From a virus (taxonomy: Duplodnaviria > Caudoviricetes), in IMG/VR virus record IMGVR_UViG_3300011335_000323, positions 1-33,432 of that record: 33,432 nucleotides of DNA; one strand, 5' to 3'. The notes beneath the pieces are model-generated. The model had not been told where the DNA came from. It searched no databases and worked only from the letters and a program-made list of their open reading frames with translations. This document shows, in pieces, positions 1 to 9,421 of this stretch. A program made the translations under genes and the position numbers. How positions within the stretch are numbered: position 1 is the stretch's first letter; each line of letters opens with the position of its first letter.

Positions 1-502
1 ACACAGCCACCCAGCCTTCACGGCTATCAGGAACAATGAAGTTGGCATCAGAGCTATCCAAGCGGGTGGGAGCCTTGAAGTTTTCGTTGACAAGGGGAAG
101 CTTATCCACGTTGCGCTTCTGAATGTTGTAGCCAACACCGCTGCCTAGCATCAACAAGTCCATAGCCCAAGTGAATGGCTCCACTGGTTTGTCCACCACA
201 GTGAAGGCACAGTTTTGAAGACTGGCTAGTCCCAGCTTATCCACTGTATTGGTTCCAAGCTGCCACAAGAAACGACCAGCAACACTACCCTTAAGTTCAA
301 GGAAGTGTTTTGTTAATCGCTCTTGTTCTTCTGCTGTGAAGTTGCAGCCTAGTTGGTCATTGGTGGCATCCACTACACGCTTGATGGTGTCGGTGAATTC
401 TTCTGTTGGACTATTGATGTCAGCCTCATTCAGGCGGCGAGAATATGTACGCTTGTAAGTAAGGTAGCCAACAGATGACCAAGGAGTTTTAATATCGTTC
501 AT
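1..502 (-). CDS. nrdJ: Class II (B12-dependent, monomeric RTPR-type) ribonucleotide reductase, N-terminal part, running off the window edge
   Basis: Not in the ORF track. Manual translation from the ATG at 502 gives MNDIKTPWSSVGYLTYKRTYSR...AGRFLWQLGT...SLQNCAF...MDLLMLGSGVGY...IVPDSREGWV, which are typical class II RTPR motifs. Confidence 0.9.
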   Translation of the reverse strand, partial: MNDIKTPWSSVGYLTYKRTYSRRLNEADINSPTEEFTDTIKRVVDATNDQLGCNFTAEEQERLTKHFLELKGSVAGRFLWQLGTNTVDKLGLASLQNCAFTVVDKPVEPFTWAMDLLMLGSGVGYNIQKRNVDKLPLVNENFKAPTRLDSSDANFIVPDSREGWVAV

Positions 503-522
503 AGTTTTCCTGTTCTAAAGAT

Positions 523-545
523 AAAAAAAGGGAGCCAATGCTCCC
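523..545 (-). terminator. Rho-independent terminator-like hairpin between mazG and nrdJ
   Basis: The minus strand reads GGGAGC-ATTG-GCTCCC-TTTTTTT. Confidence 0.7.
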
Positions 546-570
546 GTAGGGATGATGGTTATACTAGAAT

Positions 571-894
571 TTATCTGTTGTCACCGCTTCCTTTTATCTG
601 TGAGCGACTCTTTCTGTCCTCAAGTTTAGCAAGATTTACTGTACAGATTTCCGACAGTGTGAGATTAGCATCAGCAGATACGGCAGCTAGCATCCACATG
701 ATATCACCAAGCTCCTTCTTTAGCTTGTCTCCTAAAACTTCTTCATCTTCCGCAGAGCCACCATCGCGGATAAACTTAGCGACTAGGCCAAGCAATTCCC
801 CAACCTCTGCTGCTAAGTTAAACAAAGCATAGGCTTCGTTGGCTGTTGCCAGTCGATACTCCATTGCTTTGTTTTGATATTCATCTAGTTCCAT
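571..894 (-). CDS. mazG: MazG-like nucleotide pyrophosphohydrolase
   Basis: Motifs LAAEVGEL...K..RD, KKELGDIMW and NLAKLEDR...GSGDNR. Start reassigned to MELDEYQ, just after the thyX stop. Confidence 0.88.
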   Translation of the reverse strand: MELDEYQNKAMEYRLATANEAYALFNLAAEVGELLGLVAKFIRDGGSAEDEEVLGDKLKKELGDIMWMLAAVSADANLTLSEICTVNLAKLEDRKSRSQIKGSGDNR

Positions 895-895
895 T

Positions 896-1516
896 TCATT
901 CCTTGAATAGTGAGGGGAAGAGAGATTGTATAACAGTCTGACACTGCATAGCAATTTCTCTGTGTTCTTTCTGTGTAGCAGCAGCGCATCTGATATCAAT
1001 GTAGTGCAGCCAACTACGCAGCGTTCCATTCATATACATGCGGGATAGCAGCATACCTTCAGGTAAGATTTTCCTAGCCACTTCTTTTGCAATGCCGTTG
1101 CTCAAAGCTTTCTCATAGTTAGAGATTGCTGCTTTGATAACTTCAACCTGTGACTCATGCCACATCTTGGACAGCTCTCTATCCTGTACAGGAATACTGT
1201 TCTGTCTATTCTTGCTGTCCTGCATCCTAACCTCAGAGAAGTCATAGTCATGGACAACAGCATATCGTTGGCTTAGTTCTTGAAAGCTAAAGCTTCTGTG
1301 TCTCAGCATCTGACGGGCAATATCTCTGGTGGTTGTAATTTCCATGCAGACATTAACCATTTCAAATGGTGACCAGTGCTTGTTATCAATCAAATACTTT
1401 AGCAGCTTAGGTGCTGTTTCTTTATTATCTTGGTTCTCTGGATTGGAAACCCTTGCCATATAAGCGACAAGGGTTTCCGCATCAGGAGTAGACCAAATTA
1501 GTTTTACTCCGCTCAT
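896..1516 (-). CDS. thyX: Flavin-dependent thymidylate synthase
   Basis: HWSPFE, the ThyX signature RHRSFSFQELSQRY, and KEVARKILP...R...ATQKEHR. Confidence 0.96.
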   Translation of the reverse strand: MSGVKLIWSTPDAETLVAYMARVSNPENQDNKETAPKLLKYLIDNKHWSPFEMVNVCMEITTTRDIARQMLRHRSFSFQELSQRYAVVHDYDFSEVRMQDSKNRQNSIPVQDRELSKMWHESQVEVIKAAISNYEKALSNGIAKEVARKILPEGMLLSRMYMNGTLRSWLHYIDIRCAAATQKEHREIAMQCQTVIQSLFPSLFKE

Positions 1517-1525
1517 TTAATATTA

Positions 1526-1900
1526 CTAAGCAGATACGCTATAGAAGTATTCATCAGCTTTGTCTTCGCCCATGTAATGAAACAGAAGTTCAACAACAGA
1601 ATCTAAGAGTTTTTCTGAATCATCATTGCCTATGTGATATTCATAGCAAGTTTGTAGTTCCGCAATGAAATCAGAATAGTTAGGAGCTTCGGCATACTCT
1701 TCTTCTTCCTCGTCATACTCTTCGTCATATTCCCAAGGATATACTTCCACATTCTTCTCTTGTTGCTGCTCAACATACGACTCAAGTAGAGCAATAAACC
1801 CAATATTAATTAGCTCAATTTTAGATTGCTCATCCATTTCCAGTTGAACAATAGCGCCGCCATCATCTAGTTCTTCAAGTGTTGTACAAGTAATATTCAT
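1526..1900 (-). CDS. Hypothetical acidic protein
   Basis: ORF in the operon with an ATGA overlap; very E/D-rich middle segment. Confidence 0.7.
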   Translation of the reverse strand: MNITCTTLEELDDGGAIVQLEMDEQSKIELINIGFIALLESYVEQQQEKNVEVYPWEYDEEYDEEEEEYAEAPNYSDFIAELQTCYEYHIGNDDSEKLLDSVVELLFHYMGEDKADEYFYSVSA

Positions 1901-2292
1901 TTCGTTTTCCTTTCGAGTTTCTCTTTAAGAGTTTTTTCCTTATGGCAACTCAGACATAATATCTGAAAGCCTTCTTCCTCACAGTACATATTCTCAATGT
2001 ACTTATCCCAACTAACAAAACCAATCTTCGGGTCTACTACAGGATAGATATGATCTACCTGTACATCGACAGCTACAAATTCTCCAGTGCAAGCAGCGCA
2101 TCTGTAGTGCTGTGCTAACTTACCTGTCTTCTTATTTTCTTTTCTTCCTATCAGAGCGGCCTTCAGTGCTAAATACTTAGGAGGCCACCTACGGGATGCT
2201 GACCTCAAGGCTGATGTTACGAAGCTCCTATACCTAGCCTCTGTCCACTCGCCACCATTGCGGGGTTTGATGACTTGTTTCTTAGAGGCCAT
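1897..2292 (-). CDS. HNH-like zinc-binding endonuclease
   Basis: CAAC...VQVDHIYPV...QILCLSCHKEKT pattern. Confidence 0.75.
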   Translation of the reverse strand: MASKKQVIKPRNGGEWTEARYRSFVTSALRSASRRWPPKYLALKAALIGRKENKKTGKLAQHYRCAACTGEFVAVDVQVDHIYPVVDPKIGFVSWDKYIENMYCEEEGFQILCLSCHKEKTLKEKLERKTK

Positions 2293-2298
2293 TAATAC

Positions 2299-2568
2299 TT
2301 ACATGCCAAGCTTATCAAGCTTGTGAACAATGAGCATAGCATAACCAGCAATGTCTTGCCAGCTATCTTTGTAGTAGGGGTCACCATTAACTATACGGGC
2401 AAGCTTGTTTGCAATCATGTCCATGCTTTCACGCATGTCATCACCGGCAGCTTCTATGTTAGAGCCATTAACTATTGCCTCTTTTATTGTCCTGCTGGTA
2501 GTGGCAACATTAATATATTCCCCATACCTTTCACCTCTTTGGTCTAGTATTTCTTCTGTAGATATCAT
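2299..2568 (-). CDS. Conserved phage protein (DUF6378-like)
   Basis: ILDQRGERYG...KLARI.NGDP...DSWQDIAGYA pattern, recognised by eye. Confidence 0.7.
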   Translation of the reverse strand: MISTEEILDQRGERYGEYINVATTSRTIKEAIVNGSNIEAAGDDMRESMDMIANKLARIVNGDPYYKDSWQDIAGYAMLIVHKLDKLGM

Positions 2569-2930
2569 TGCATGCCGCCTACAGTAGGGGAATCAATATC
2601 AAAGAGCGCTGCATCTTCTTCGTTGACAGGAAAGCTATTATGGTTGGCGTTGTATTCAATATTTACAGCATTGTGTGCGTAGAATTTATTACAGTGATCC
2701 ATAATCTCTTTTGCCACTTCCTCATTGCTCTCCATCAAGGGAACAACAGAAGCCAGCAGCACAGCCATCCCAATCATATCGTCCATCGCTTCCTTAGAAA
2801 TACTGACAGGGCCGAAGCCACTAACAATAACTTCAAACGTGTTATCCCACTGCTTATCTTCTCCAAGATTAGGACGCAAGATAACCGCAATATCATTGGG
2901 CTGTAGATCATTTCTATTTTTCCTTGCCAT
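2565..2930 (-). CDS. Hypothetical protein
   Basis: Start taken at MARKNRND, which has an AAGGA Shine-Dalgarno; ATGA overlap with the next gene. Confidence 0.7.
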   Translation of the reverse strand: MARKNRNDLQPNDIAVILRPNLGEDKQWDNTFEVIVSGFGPVSISKEAMDDMIGMAVLLASVVPLMESNEEVAKEIMDHCNKFYAHNAVNIEYNANHNSFPVNEEDAALFDIDSPTVGGMQ

Positions 2931-3645
2931 GTTTATTCCTTTGAGGGGGTTGCCATAATTCATTCTCGTATCTTCTTAGCCAAAGCAATCTAGCATTTTC
3001 AATAACTCTATCTTCGTTACCATCATATTGCTCTAAACAAATAGAATACATTTCATTTTCATCTTCTGCTTCCGCAAGAAGCTTGTCAGCTTTGACAGGG
3101 CCAATACCATTTATGCCCATGATATTATCAGCAGCATCTCCTGTCAATATCTGTTTATAGAATCTAAACATACCCTCTTCAGGAGTTATGTTATACCCTA
3201 TCTTCTTTACAAAATTGTAATGCCAGCCAGCTATTTGATCTAAATCTTTATCAACTGAGGCGACAATGTAATTGTCCTGTAACTTTGTGGCTTCTATAGC
3301 TATTGCATCGTCAGCTTCTTGACCGTCAATAACAACAGCGCCCCATTCCTCCACAAGATGTTTGCGTAAAGCAGACAAATGTGCAGGTTTAGGGGCTGTT
3401 CTATTTCCTTTATACACAGCAGTGGTTGCTATGTCTAGCCGAAAGTTATTCTTACCAGTTAGGTAGAGTATCCATTCGTCAGCATAACAACCACTGTATG
3501 TATTATCAATACCGCTTATAAGTATGTCAGTGAGATAACTGTTAAGAGAGTTCTTAGCAGATTTCCCATTCTCATTCTTGCAAGCAAAAGCTATCCTGTA
3601 TGCGATAATATCCGAATCAATTAAGGCTATTACCTTATTGGTCAC
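2914..3645 (-). CDS. 5'-3' exonuclease (T7 gp6/FEN-like)
   Basis: LIDSD, YKGNR, EADD, SVDKDLDQ and GDAADNI.GI.GIGPVKA motifs. Confidence 0.92.
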   Translation of the reverse strand: MTNKVIALIDSDIIAYRIAFACKNENGKSAKNSLNSYLTDILISGIDNTYSGCYADEWILYLTGKNNFRLDIATTAVYKGNRTAPKPAHLSALRKHLVEEWGAVVIDGQEADDAIAIEATKLQDNYIVASVDKDLDQIAGWHYNFVKKIGYNITPEEGMFRFYKQILTGDAADNIMGINGIGPVKADKLLAEAEDENEMYSICLEQYDGNEDRVIENARLLWLRRYENELWQPPQRNKHGKEK

Positions 3646-3648
3646 AGC

Positions 3649-3831
3649 TTATTCCGTAGTGGCAGGAAGTTCCATCTGTGCATTGGCCTCAGCTTGTGCC
3701 TTCTCTACTTGAGGGGCAGCTTGTTGCTGAATAATTTGAACATGCGGAGCAGCAAATTCAAATGGCAATTTACCTAAGCCTGTCAGGGCTGCGTTAACTG
3801 TATCAATGTGGAGGTCTAGTTTAATTTGCAT
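3649..3831 (-). CDS. Hypothetical protein
   Basis: Short ORF with an AGGA Shine-Dalgarno that fills the gap in the operon. Confidence 0.7.
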   Translation of the reverse strand: MQIKLDLHIDTVNAALTGLGKLPFEFAAPHVQIIQQQAAPQVEKAQAEANAQMELPATTE

Positions 3832-3842
3832 TTGAGTTTTCC

Positions 3843-4262
3843 TTAAAGAACATCACTGTCATCACCATCAAGCGCTGAATTAGCACCATACTCAACAAGC
3901 TCAGTGATTACAAGCTTGCCTAGCGAAGGACTCACACCCTTCTTATTTTTATATGTCCACTCATAGGAACCAACCAAAGCCTTAGCCTTGCTTCCATTAC
4001 CGATAGCTTCAGTAATTTCATCGCCATCAGTGTCATGCACACGAATAGGGGATTGGCTCTTGCAAGTGATGTATCGTCCCATGTCGGACTTCTTATCTTC
4101 ACCTACTTGAACACTGATACCCATAGACTCCAGAGCATCCGCAGCAGCATCGCTCAGATTGCATAGGTTAAGCTGATACTTTCCAGACATATCATTAACC
4201 TTAGTGTGCTGACACCAAAACACATCAGCTTTAATCTTTACCTTTTTAATTTCTTTACTCAT
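3843..4262 (-). CDS. Single-stranded DNA-binding protein (T7 gp2.5-like)
   Basis: SGKYQLNL and IGNGSKAK motifs, an acidic C-terminal tail (DGDDSDVL), and a position next to the polymerase. Start taken at MSKEIKK. Confidence 0.75.
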   Translation of the reverse strand: MSKEIKKVKIKADVFWCQHTKVNDMSGKYQLNLCNLSDAAADALESMGISVQVGEDKKSDMGRYITCKSQSPIRVHDTDGDEITEAIGNGSKAKALVGSYEWTYKNKKGVSPSLGKLVITELVEYGANSALDGDDSDVL

Positions 4263-4300
4263 ACTGTTTCCTTTATGAAAAATAAAATCCACTTGTAACG

Positions 4301-6133
4301 TCAGTGGCAATCACGCCAGTTGTTGCCAATCTTTCCTTCGGCATCAACCGGACATCTAAATTGTAGCATAACACCTGCTTGTGTTGCAGCATCCTCAATA
4401 ATTTTCATCGCTCTTTCTGCGTCTTCCTTAGCAACTTCCCATTGGGTTTCATCGTGAACAAAAGCAATAAGCTTTGCATTAATTGCATGAAACTTCAATG
4501 AGTTTTCACACTCCACCAGCCACTGCTTAGCCACAATAGCACCGGCAGATTGAAGCAGGGTATTCAATGCAGCATGGGAAGTTCTTACCCACACTTTCCT
4601 ACCATCTAATGCTGGCAGCAAACCGTTAGCAGACAGCCTAGCTATCTTTTCCTTAAGCTTCTTCAGTGATGGGGTATTGTCCAAGAAGTTATCGATAAGC
4701 TTCTTACCCTTTGTTTGGGATACGCCAGCAGTAAGGCCAATCTTAGCCGCCCCTGCTCCGTAGAGCATTGAGTACGTCATAACCTTAGTTTGGTTCCTAA
4801 ACTTCTTATGCTCAGGATTGCTGTCATCCTTCACTGTACCCTTAGGCACTAGCCCAAAAGCTTGGCAGTTCATCCAATGCACATCACCCTTCAACAGTTC
4901 TTCCTGCCACACAGCGTCCTGCATATAGTGGGCTAGACAGCGTAGTTCAATGCCGCTAAGGTCTACCCCTACCTGCACATTGCCTTCCTCCACTGTCCAC
5001 ATTTCCCTGCACTCAGCGCCATAGGGTGTATCAGGATTGACTGCTGGCACTTGACCCATGTTAGGGCTGCTGTGTGTACACCTACCTGTCACTGCCCCGT
5101 TGGTAATGATACGACCATGCACCCTGCCATCATCCTCAACAAAGCCCATCCAACTACTGATCTGTGCTGTTCGTTTCTGTAGCATTAGATACTCAGCAAC
5201 AAGCTTAGCTTCAGGTAGGTCTATGCCTTGTAGCACTGTCTCGTCTACGATGATATTACCTTTCTCTGTGTGCTTGTTAAACTTCACACCAAGTATAGTT
5301 AGCCGCTCAGCAATCTGTTGTCTACTGCCAGCATTGAATAGGTGTTCCCTAACCTTCATTGGCCCAGCCATTGATTCGTTTATTAGAGAAGCTTTGTATC
5401 CTGCGTCTTTAAGTACCTGACGAAGCTCTGTCTTAGTCTCTGCCTTGTACTCTTTCCAGTCAGGAGTTACCACTTCCCAATACTCAGGAGTCTTTAGTTC
5501 CTCATAGGTAGGCTTGAATACCAGTTGCATCTGCGCTTCAATGTCTGACATGCGCCCAACTAAATGAGCATGCAAAGACATAGCCTTAGGCATGTCCAGC
5601 TTGAAGCCGTTGTCCTCCATGCCCTTGCATATCACTGCAACCTTATGCTCTAGCTCCACACTTTGCTGACTAAAGCCATCCTTCTTTAGTAGGGATAGTA
5701 AATGCTGGTGTAGTTTCTCTAGAAGGATTACATCCTGCTCACAATACTCAGCCATTTCCTCAGACCACCCAGCATCATAGTCAGTGAAGCTTATCTTGTG
5801 GCACTTCAGTCTTATGCCCCAAGCCTCTAGACTGTGAGGGGATGGTACTTTCTGTCCTTCAATGAAAGCAATATCTACATCAGGGTTGTGCAGCCGTGAA
5901 AGGATAAGGGTATCAACTAGACTGGTACGGGGTATGGTGACATCCCACACCCTTTCCAATACAGGAGCATCAAAACTAATAATATTATGCCCGCATACTT
6001 CACTATCTTTGAGGTATTCTTGTAGTCCATCTTTATTTCTCCAGTGTTTTATCTCATCGTCTTTCTTGGTGACACATAACCATATCTGTTTGTGCTTCGT
6101 ATCTGTTTCGATATCTAAATAAATCATGTACAT
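4301..6133 (-). CDS. DNA polymerase family A with 3'-5' exonuclease domain (T7 gp5-like)
   Basis: Exonuclease motifs LDIET, GHNIISFD and YCEQDV. Polymerase motifs TGRCTHSSPN, DLSGIELR, R...KVMTYSMLYG and FVHDE. Confidence 0.97.
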   Translation of the reverse strand: MYMIYLDIETDTKHKQIWLCVTKKDDEIKHWRNKDGLQEYLKDSEVCGHNIISFDAPVLERVWDVTIPRTSLVDTLILSRLHNPDVDIAFIEGQKVPSPHSLEAWGIRLKCHKISFTDYDAGWSEEMAEYCEQDVILLEKLHQHLLSLLKKDGFSQQSVELEHKVAVICKGMEDNGFKLDMPKAMSLHAHLVGRMSDIEAQMQLVFKPTYEELKTPEYWEVVTPDWKEYKAETKTELRQVLKDAGYKASLINESMAGPMKVREHLFNAGSRQQIAERLTILGVKFNKHTEKGNIIVDETVLQGIDLPEAKLVAEYLMLQKRTAQISSWMGFVEDDGRVHGRIITNGAVTGRCTHSSPNMGQVPAVNPDTPYGAECREMWTVEEGNVQVGVDLSGIELRCLAHYMQDAVWQEELLKGDVHWMNCQAFGLVPKGTVKDDSNPEHKKFRNQTKVMTYSMLYGAGAAKIGLTAGVSQTKGKKLIDNFLDNTPSLKKLKEKIARLSANGLLPALDGRKVWVRTSHAALNTLLQSAGAIVAKQWLVECENSLKFHAINAKLIAFVHDETQWEVAKEDAERAMKIIEDAATQAGVMLQFRCPVDAEGKIGNNWRDCH

Positions 6134-6136
6134 CTC

Positions 6137-7747
6137 TCATAACAAGGGAGTCTCTTCTTCAGCATCAACTTCAAACATGCGACCTGTCTCTTTGTTGTAA
6201 AGAAGATTGCATGCAGGGCCAGTGATGCCACTAAATCTATTCTTTAGAACCCTCACCTTCGTGGTGTTTCTTTCAATCAAGTCTTCAGCCTGACCATTGC
6301 GTTCCAGCCCAATCACCATGTCGCTTAGCTGCGCTATTGAGCCACTTCCGCGAAGCTGTGCTAGTGATGTGGCTGCTCCCTCTTCGTGACCAGTGTTAGG
6401 TGGGCGCTTGAGGTGGCTGACAATTATAAGAGCTATGTCTGTCTCTTGCACAAGCATACGCAGCTTAGTCATAATTTCATCTAGTGCCTTACGCTCGTCA
6501 CCACTCTCCTGCGCTGAGACAATGATGGACAAGTGATCTAAGAATATATATCTGCATGACATACCCTTAGCCAAGTAGCGCACACGATTGACAATGTTCT
6601 CCACTGCTGTGCTTCCGAAGTGGTCAAACAGAAACAATCGCCCAGTGCCAAGTGTCTTGTCAAAAGCATCACGCCGTTGTTCAGGAGACACTACAGTGTC
6701 AGGCAAGTGCAGTGGTGTGTTAGCTGCTAAGGACATAACAGATAGGCCAGTCTTCTTAACACTTTCCTCAAGGAACATCAGGCCAATGTTGTCCTTTGTC
6801 TTTTGAAGCAGATGCCACACTAGTTCACGAAGCACTTGGCTCTTACCCAAACCACTACCGGCTGTCACTGTAACCAGTTCACCAAAGCGTAGGCCATAGG
6901 TAATGTCGTTAAGGCCAGCCCAAGGATAGGTGCAGTCTGCTGGTGGCATAGGCTTTGATACTAAGTCCCACATGCTAGAGCCACTGACAATGCCATCGGG
7001 TACATACGCCTCAGCCCTCCACCATCGCTCAACAAACTTAGCCTCTGCGTTATCTGTCAACCAATCACAGGCATCCTTGTATTCAGGGACGGGCTTGAAT
7101 ATCTTGCACTTGCTGCCAAACAATTCAGCAACTTCCCTTGCTGCCTTCTGTCCCACAGCATCACCATCCAAGCACACCACAATGTTTTCAAAGCTAGAGA
7201 TATATTCGTAGTGAGCCTTGCAATCTTTCAATGCTGAGCCAGCACCATTGCGGATGGATACCACAGGATACTTAGAGCCCGTCATCTGGAAAGCAGCGAG
7301 AGCATCAAACTCCCCTTCAACTATGGTGAGATACTTACCACCGGAAGGGAATAGGTTTTGTCCAAATAATATTCCTTTAGCCCAGCTACCAATAGCGCTA
7401 AACTTCTTATCGCTGACAGCCCTAACCTTTGCTGCTACAAGCTGGCTGTTGCCATCGTAGTAGGGGAAATAGTAGTTGTCCTTTTCTCTGACAACCCCGT
7501 ACTTCTCCATTGTGCTTTTGCTTATCCGTCTTTCGGATACGCTGATGGATGATGCCTCCTTAAAAACTTTTAAGGCAGCGCTACTGGTTTCAACTTCTTC
7601 TTCAATCACTATGTATCCATCCTGTTGGTTAATAAGAGAGGGTGTAAAGGTATCACATACAAAACATTTTGTACTGGTGTCCTCGTTCATGGCTAGCCCA
7701 TCGCTGCTTCCACAGCTTTTACAGGGCAGATGTGTTTTTATAAACAT
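6137..7747 (-). CDS. DNA primase-helicase (T7 gp4-like)
   Basis: N-terminal Cys4 zinc finger (CKSC...CFVC), TOPRIM motifs EGEFD and DGD, Walker A AGSGLGKS, and IFLDHL, LRGSGSI and VLKNRFSG motifs. Confidence 0.97.
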   Translation of the reverse strand: MFIKTHLPCKSCGSSDGLAMNEDTSTKCFVCDTFTPSLINQQDGYIVIEEEVETSSAALKVFKEASSISVSERRISKSTMEKYGVVREKDNYYFPYYDGNSQLVAAKVRAVSDKKFSAIGSWAKGILFGQNLFPSGGKYLTIVEGEFDALAAFQMTGSKYPVVSIRNGAGSALKDCKAHYEYISSFENIVVCLDGDAVGQKAAREVAELFGSKCKIFKPVPEYKDACDWLTDNAEAKFVERWWRAEAYVPDGIVSGSSMWDLVSKPMPPADCTYPWAGLNDITYGLRFGELVTVTAGSGLGKSQVLRELVWHLLQKTKDNIGLMFLEESVKKTGLSVMSLAANTPLHLPDTVVSPEQRRDAFDKTLGTGRLFLFDHFGSTAVENIVNRVRYLAKGMSCRYIFLDHLSIIVSAQESGDERKALDEIMTKLRMLVQETDIALIIVSHLKRPPNTGHEEGAATSLAQLRGSGSIAQLSDMVIGLERNGQAEDLIERNTTKVRVLKNRFSGITGPACNLLYNKETGRMFEVDAEEETPLL

Positions 7748-8079
7748 GTCTTTGTTTTTAAATAGTTATCAATCGTCTTCAATACTTTTTCTCCACTGAC
7801 TAGTGGAACATCCCAAGCTCCATCAATACCGAAGTCTCTTCTATACTTCTGTGTGAGCAGGAGCAGAGCCTTATGTGCCTCTGTAATAATCTGCTCTTCA
7901 GTTAGTGCCTGAGTTGCTGGTGTCTGTGGCTTCCTTATCTTAAGCTGCTTTATAAAAATAGCAAAGCTATCCTTAGTGTCGCTACCAAATGAAGCAATTT
8001 CGCACAGGCGAAGAGCAGCGTGGTCTAGCGCCTCGTCCCATCCGTTAGTGTACTCATTTATTTGTGATAGTTCATTCAT
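7738..8079 (-). CDS. Hypothetical protein
   Basis: ORF overlapping both neighbours in the operon. Confidence 0.65.
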   Translation of the reverse strand: MNELSQINEYTNGWDEALDHAALRLCEIASFGSDTKDSFAIFIKQLKIRKPQTPATQALTEEQIITEAHKALLLLTQKYRRDFGIDGAWDVPLVSGEKVLKTIDNYLKTKTCL

Positions 8080-8365
8080 GGCTATGTTTTGCTTCGGTTA
8101 ATTCAAACTTAAGGCGGCTATGAAAGCTATCTTCTCCATCATCACCGGACACAAGCCAGTCAATCCGCTGTACATAAATGTGTGCCTCACGCAATAGTTT
8201 CAAAGCATGCTCAAACTCAGCAATGGTTTCTTCTGAATAGAACGCACCCTTGATATAACCCCACTCGTCAGTTTCCTTTGATGTATTAGTTAGGATTAGT
8301 TGCTCTACTTCGTCAGCAATATATCCAATCTCATATTGCTTGTATTGAAAATGTCCACCGCTCAT
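8072..8365 (-). CDS. Conserved hypothetical phage protein
   Basis: MSGGHF.Y...IDWLVSGDDGEDSF pattern and a GGAGG Shine-Dalgarno. Confidence 0.75.
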   Translation of the reverse strand: MSGGHFQYKQYEIGYIADEVEQLILTNTSKETDEWGYIKGAFYSEETIAEFEHALKLLREAHIYVQRIDWLVSGDDGEDSFHSRLKFELTEAKHSHE

Positions 8366-8866
8366 TTATTATCCTCCTTTAATTTATCTACCACAGCTTG
8401 AGCAATAATAAAGAAGTCGTGAAAATCAATCTCTGCTTCCGTACTGTCTGCTATTGCCGACACACGCCACCAATTCATTACCCGTTGGCTCTACCCACGG
8501 GCGCTGTGGTGGGGTGGTGTAAACAGGTACAAGTTCATAGCCTCGATTTTCCCAATAAGTATGCGTTGCTTCGCAATCTACGAAAACTTGTCCTAACTCA
8601 TATTCACCAAACTTACCATCACCAACAACCGCCCACGCCACCGGCTCCTGCTCTGGCTGTGGTGGGGCGGTGTAGAGAGGCACATCTTCATAGCCGTCTG
8701 TTTTCTTGTTTCCATCACGCCCCGAGTCTGCTGGACGCTTTAATGAAACTTCCCAATTAGGATAATCGTAATACGGTTTACAACGCCACATCCACGCCAC
8801 CGGCTCCTGCGCTGGCTGTGCCAACTTGTCCTGCGCCGCAGCGCGTTTTGATTCGTAGCCTGTCAT
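8362..8866 (-). pseudogene. EPVAW-repeat accessory protein with an apparent +1 frameshift near 8473
   Basis: Two QEPVAW...PLYTAPP modules. The +1 frame after GAA T reads WWRVSAIADSTEAEIDFHDFFIIAQAVVDKLKEDNK* and ends in an ATGA overlap with the next gene. Confidence 0.65.
8633..8820. repeat. 29-bp direct repeat (1 mismatch) encoding QP(A/E)QEPVAW
   Basis: CCACGCCACCGGCTCCTGC(T/G)CTGGCTGTG at 8633-8661 and 8792-8820. Confidence 0.9.
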
Positions 8867-8876
8867 GTTGTTCCCC

Positions 8877-9188
8877 CTATTTGTTTACATCAATTATTGC
8901 GTCTGGATATGCAACGCAAGCCTCAAGGTACTTAGCAACAAACGGAACAAAATTATCATACATTCCCCATCCATTAGGGCTGTTGAATGTTTTAAATCTT
9001 TCAGGTTCTGAAGTTAGTAGTGCTAATCCCTTAGTCAATGGTTCAATTAAGTCTTTGGCTGTATAATAGCCTTTTTCCTCTGGTCGCCACAGTGCTTGAT
9101 AGATGCCAGCTTCTGCTGCCATTTTGCCAAGATTGTGGGTAATGTTTGCGCTGTAAACTTTCTCACTTAAAGTAACGTCTAAACTCAT
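8877..9188 (-). CDS. Conserved hypothetical phage protein
   Basis: SANITHNLGKMA.EAGIY..LW.PEE...PNGWG.Y pattern. Confidence 0.75.
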   Translation of the reverse strand: MSLDVTLSEKVYSANITHNLGKMAAEAGIYQALWRPEEKGYYTAKDLIEPLTKGLALLTSEPERFKTFNSPNGWGMYDNFVPFVAKYLEACVAYPDAIIDVNK

Positions 9189-9421
9189 GTTGTTCCCCTT
9201 TTGCGGATTACTGCTGCAAAATAATCACCTCTATAGCGATCAGATGTTTCACACACCTTAGCGCATTCCTCACGCTCCTGCTCTGCTGCTTTCATGGCTT
9301 GCTCTTGCCAGTAGTGGTGATCGCATCTATCGCCTTGATCAATCTGCTCTTTGTACAAATTGAATGCGTAACTGCCGCAGCGGTAGCCATTTGCATTAGT
9401 AAATTTGCATTGTTCGTTCAT
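9185..9421 (-). CDS. Hypothetical protein (EREECAKVC motif)
   Basis: Start lies within the junction repeat; the C-terminal EREECA..C...A..IR motif is common in proteobacterial phage accessory genes. Confidence 0.7.
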   Translation of the reverse strand: MNEQCKFTNANGYRCGSYAFNLYKEQIDQGDRCDHHYWQEQAMKAAEQEREECAKVCETSDRYRGDYFAAVIRKRGTT

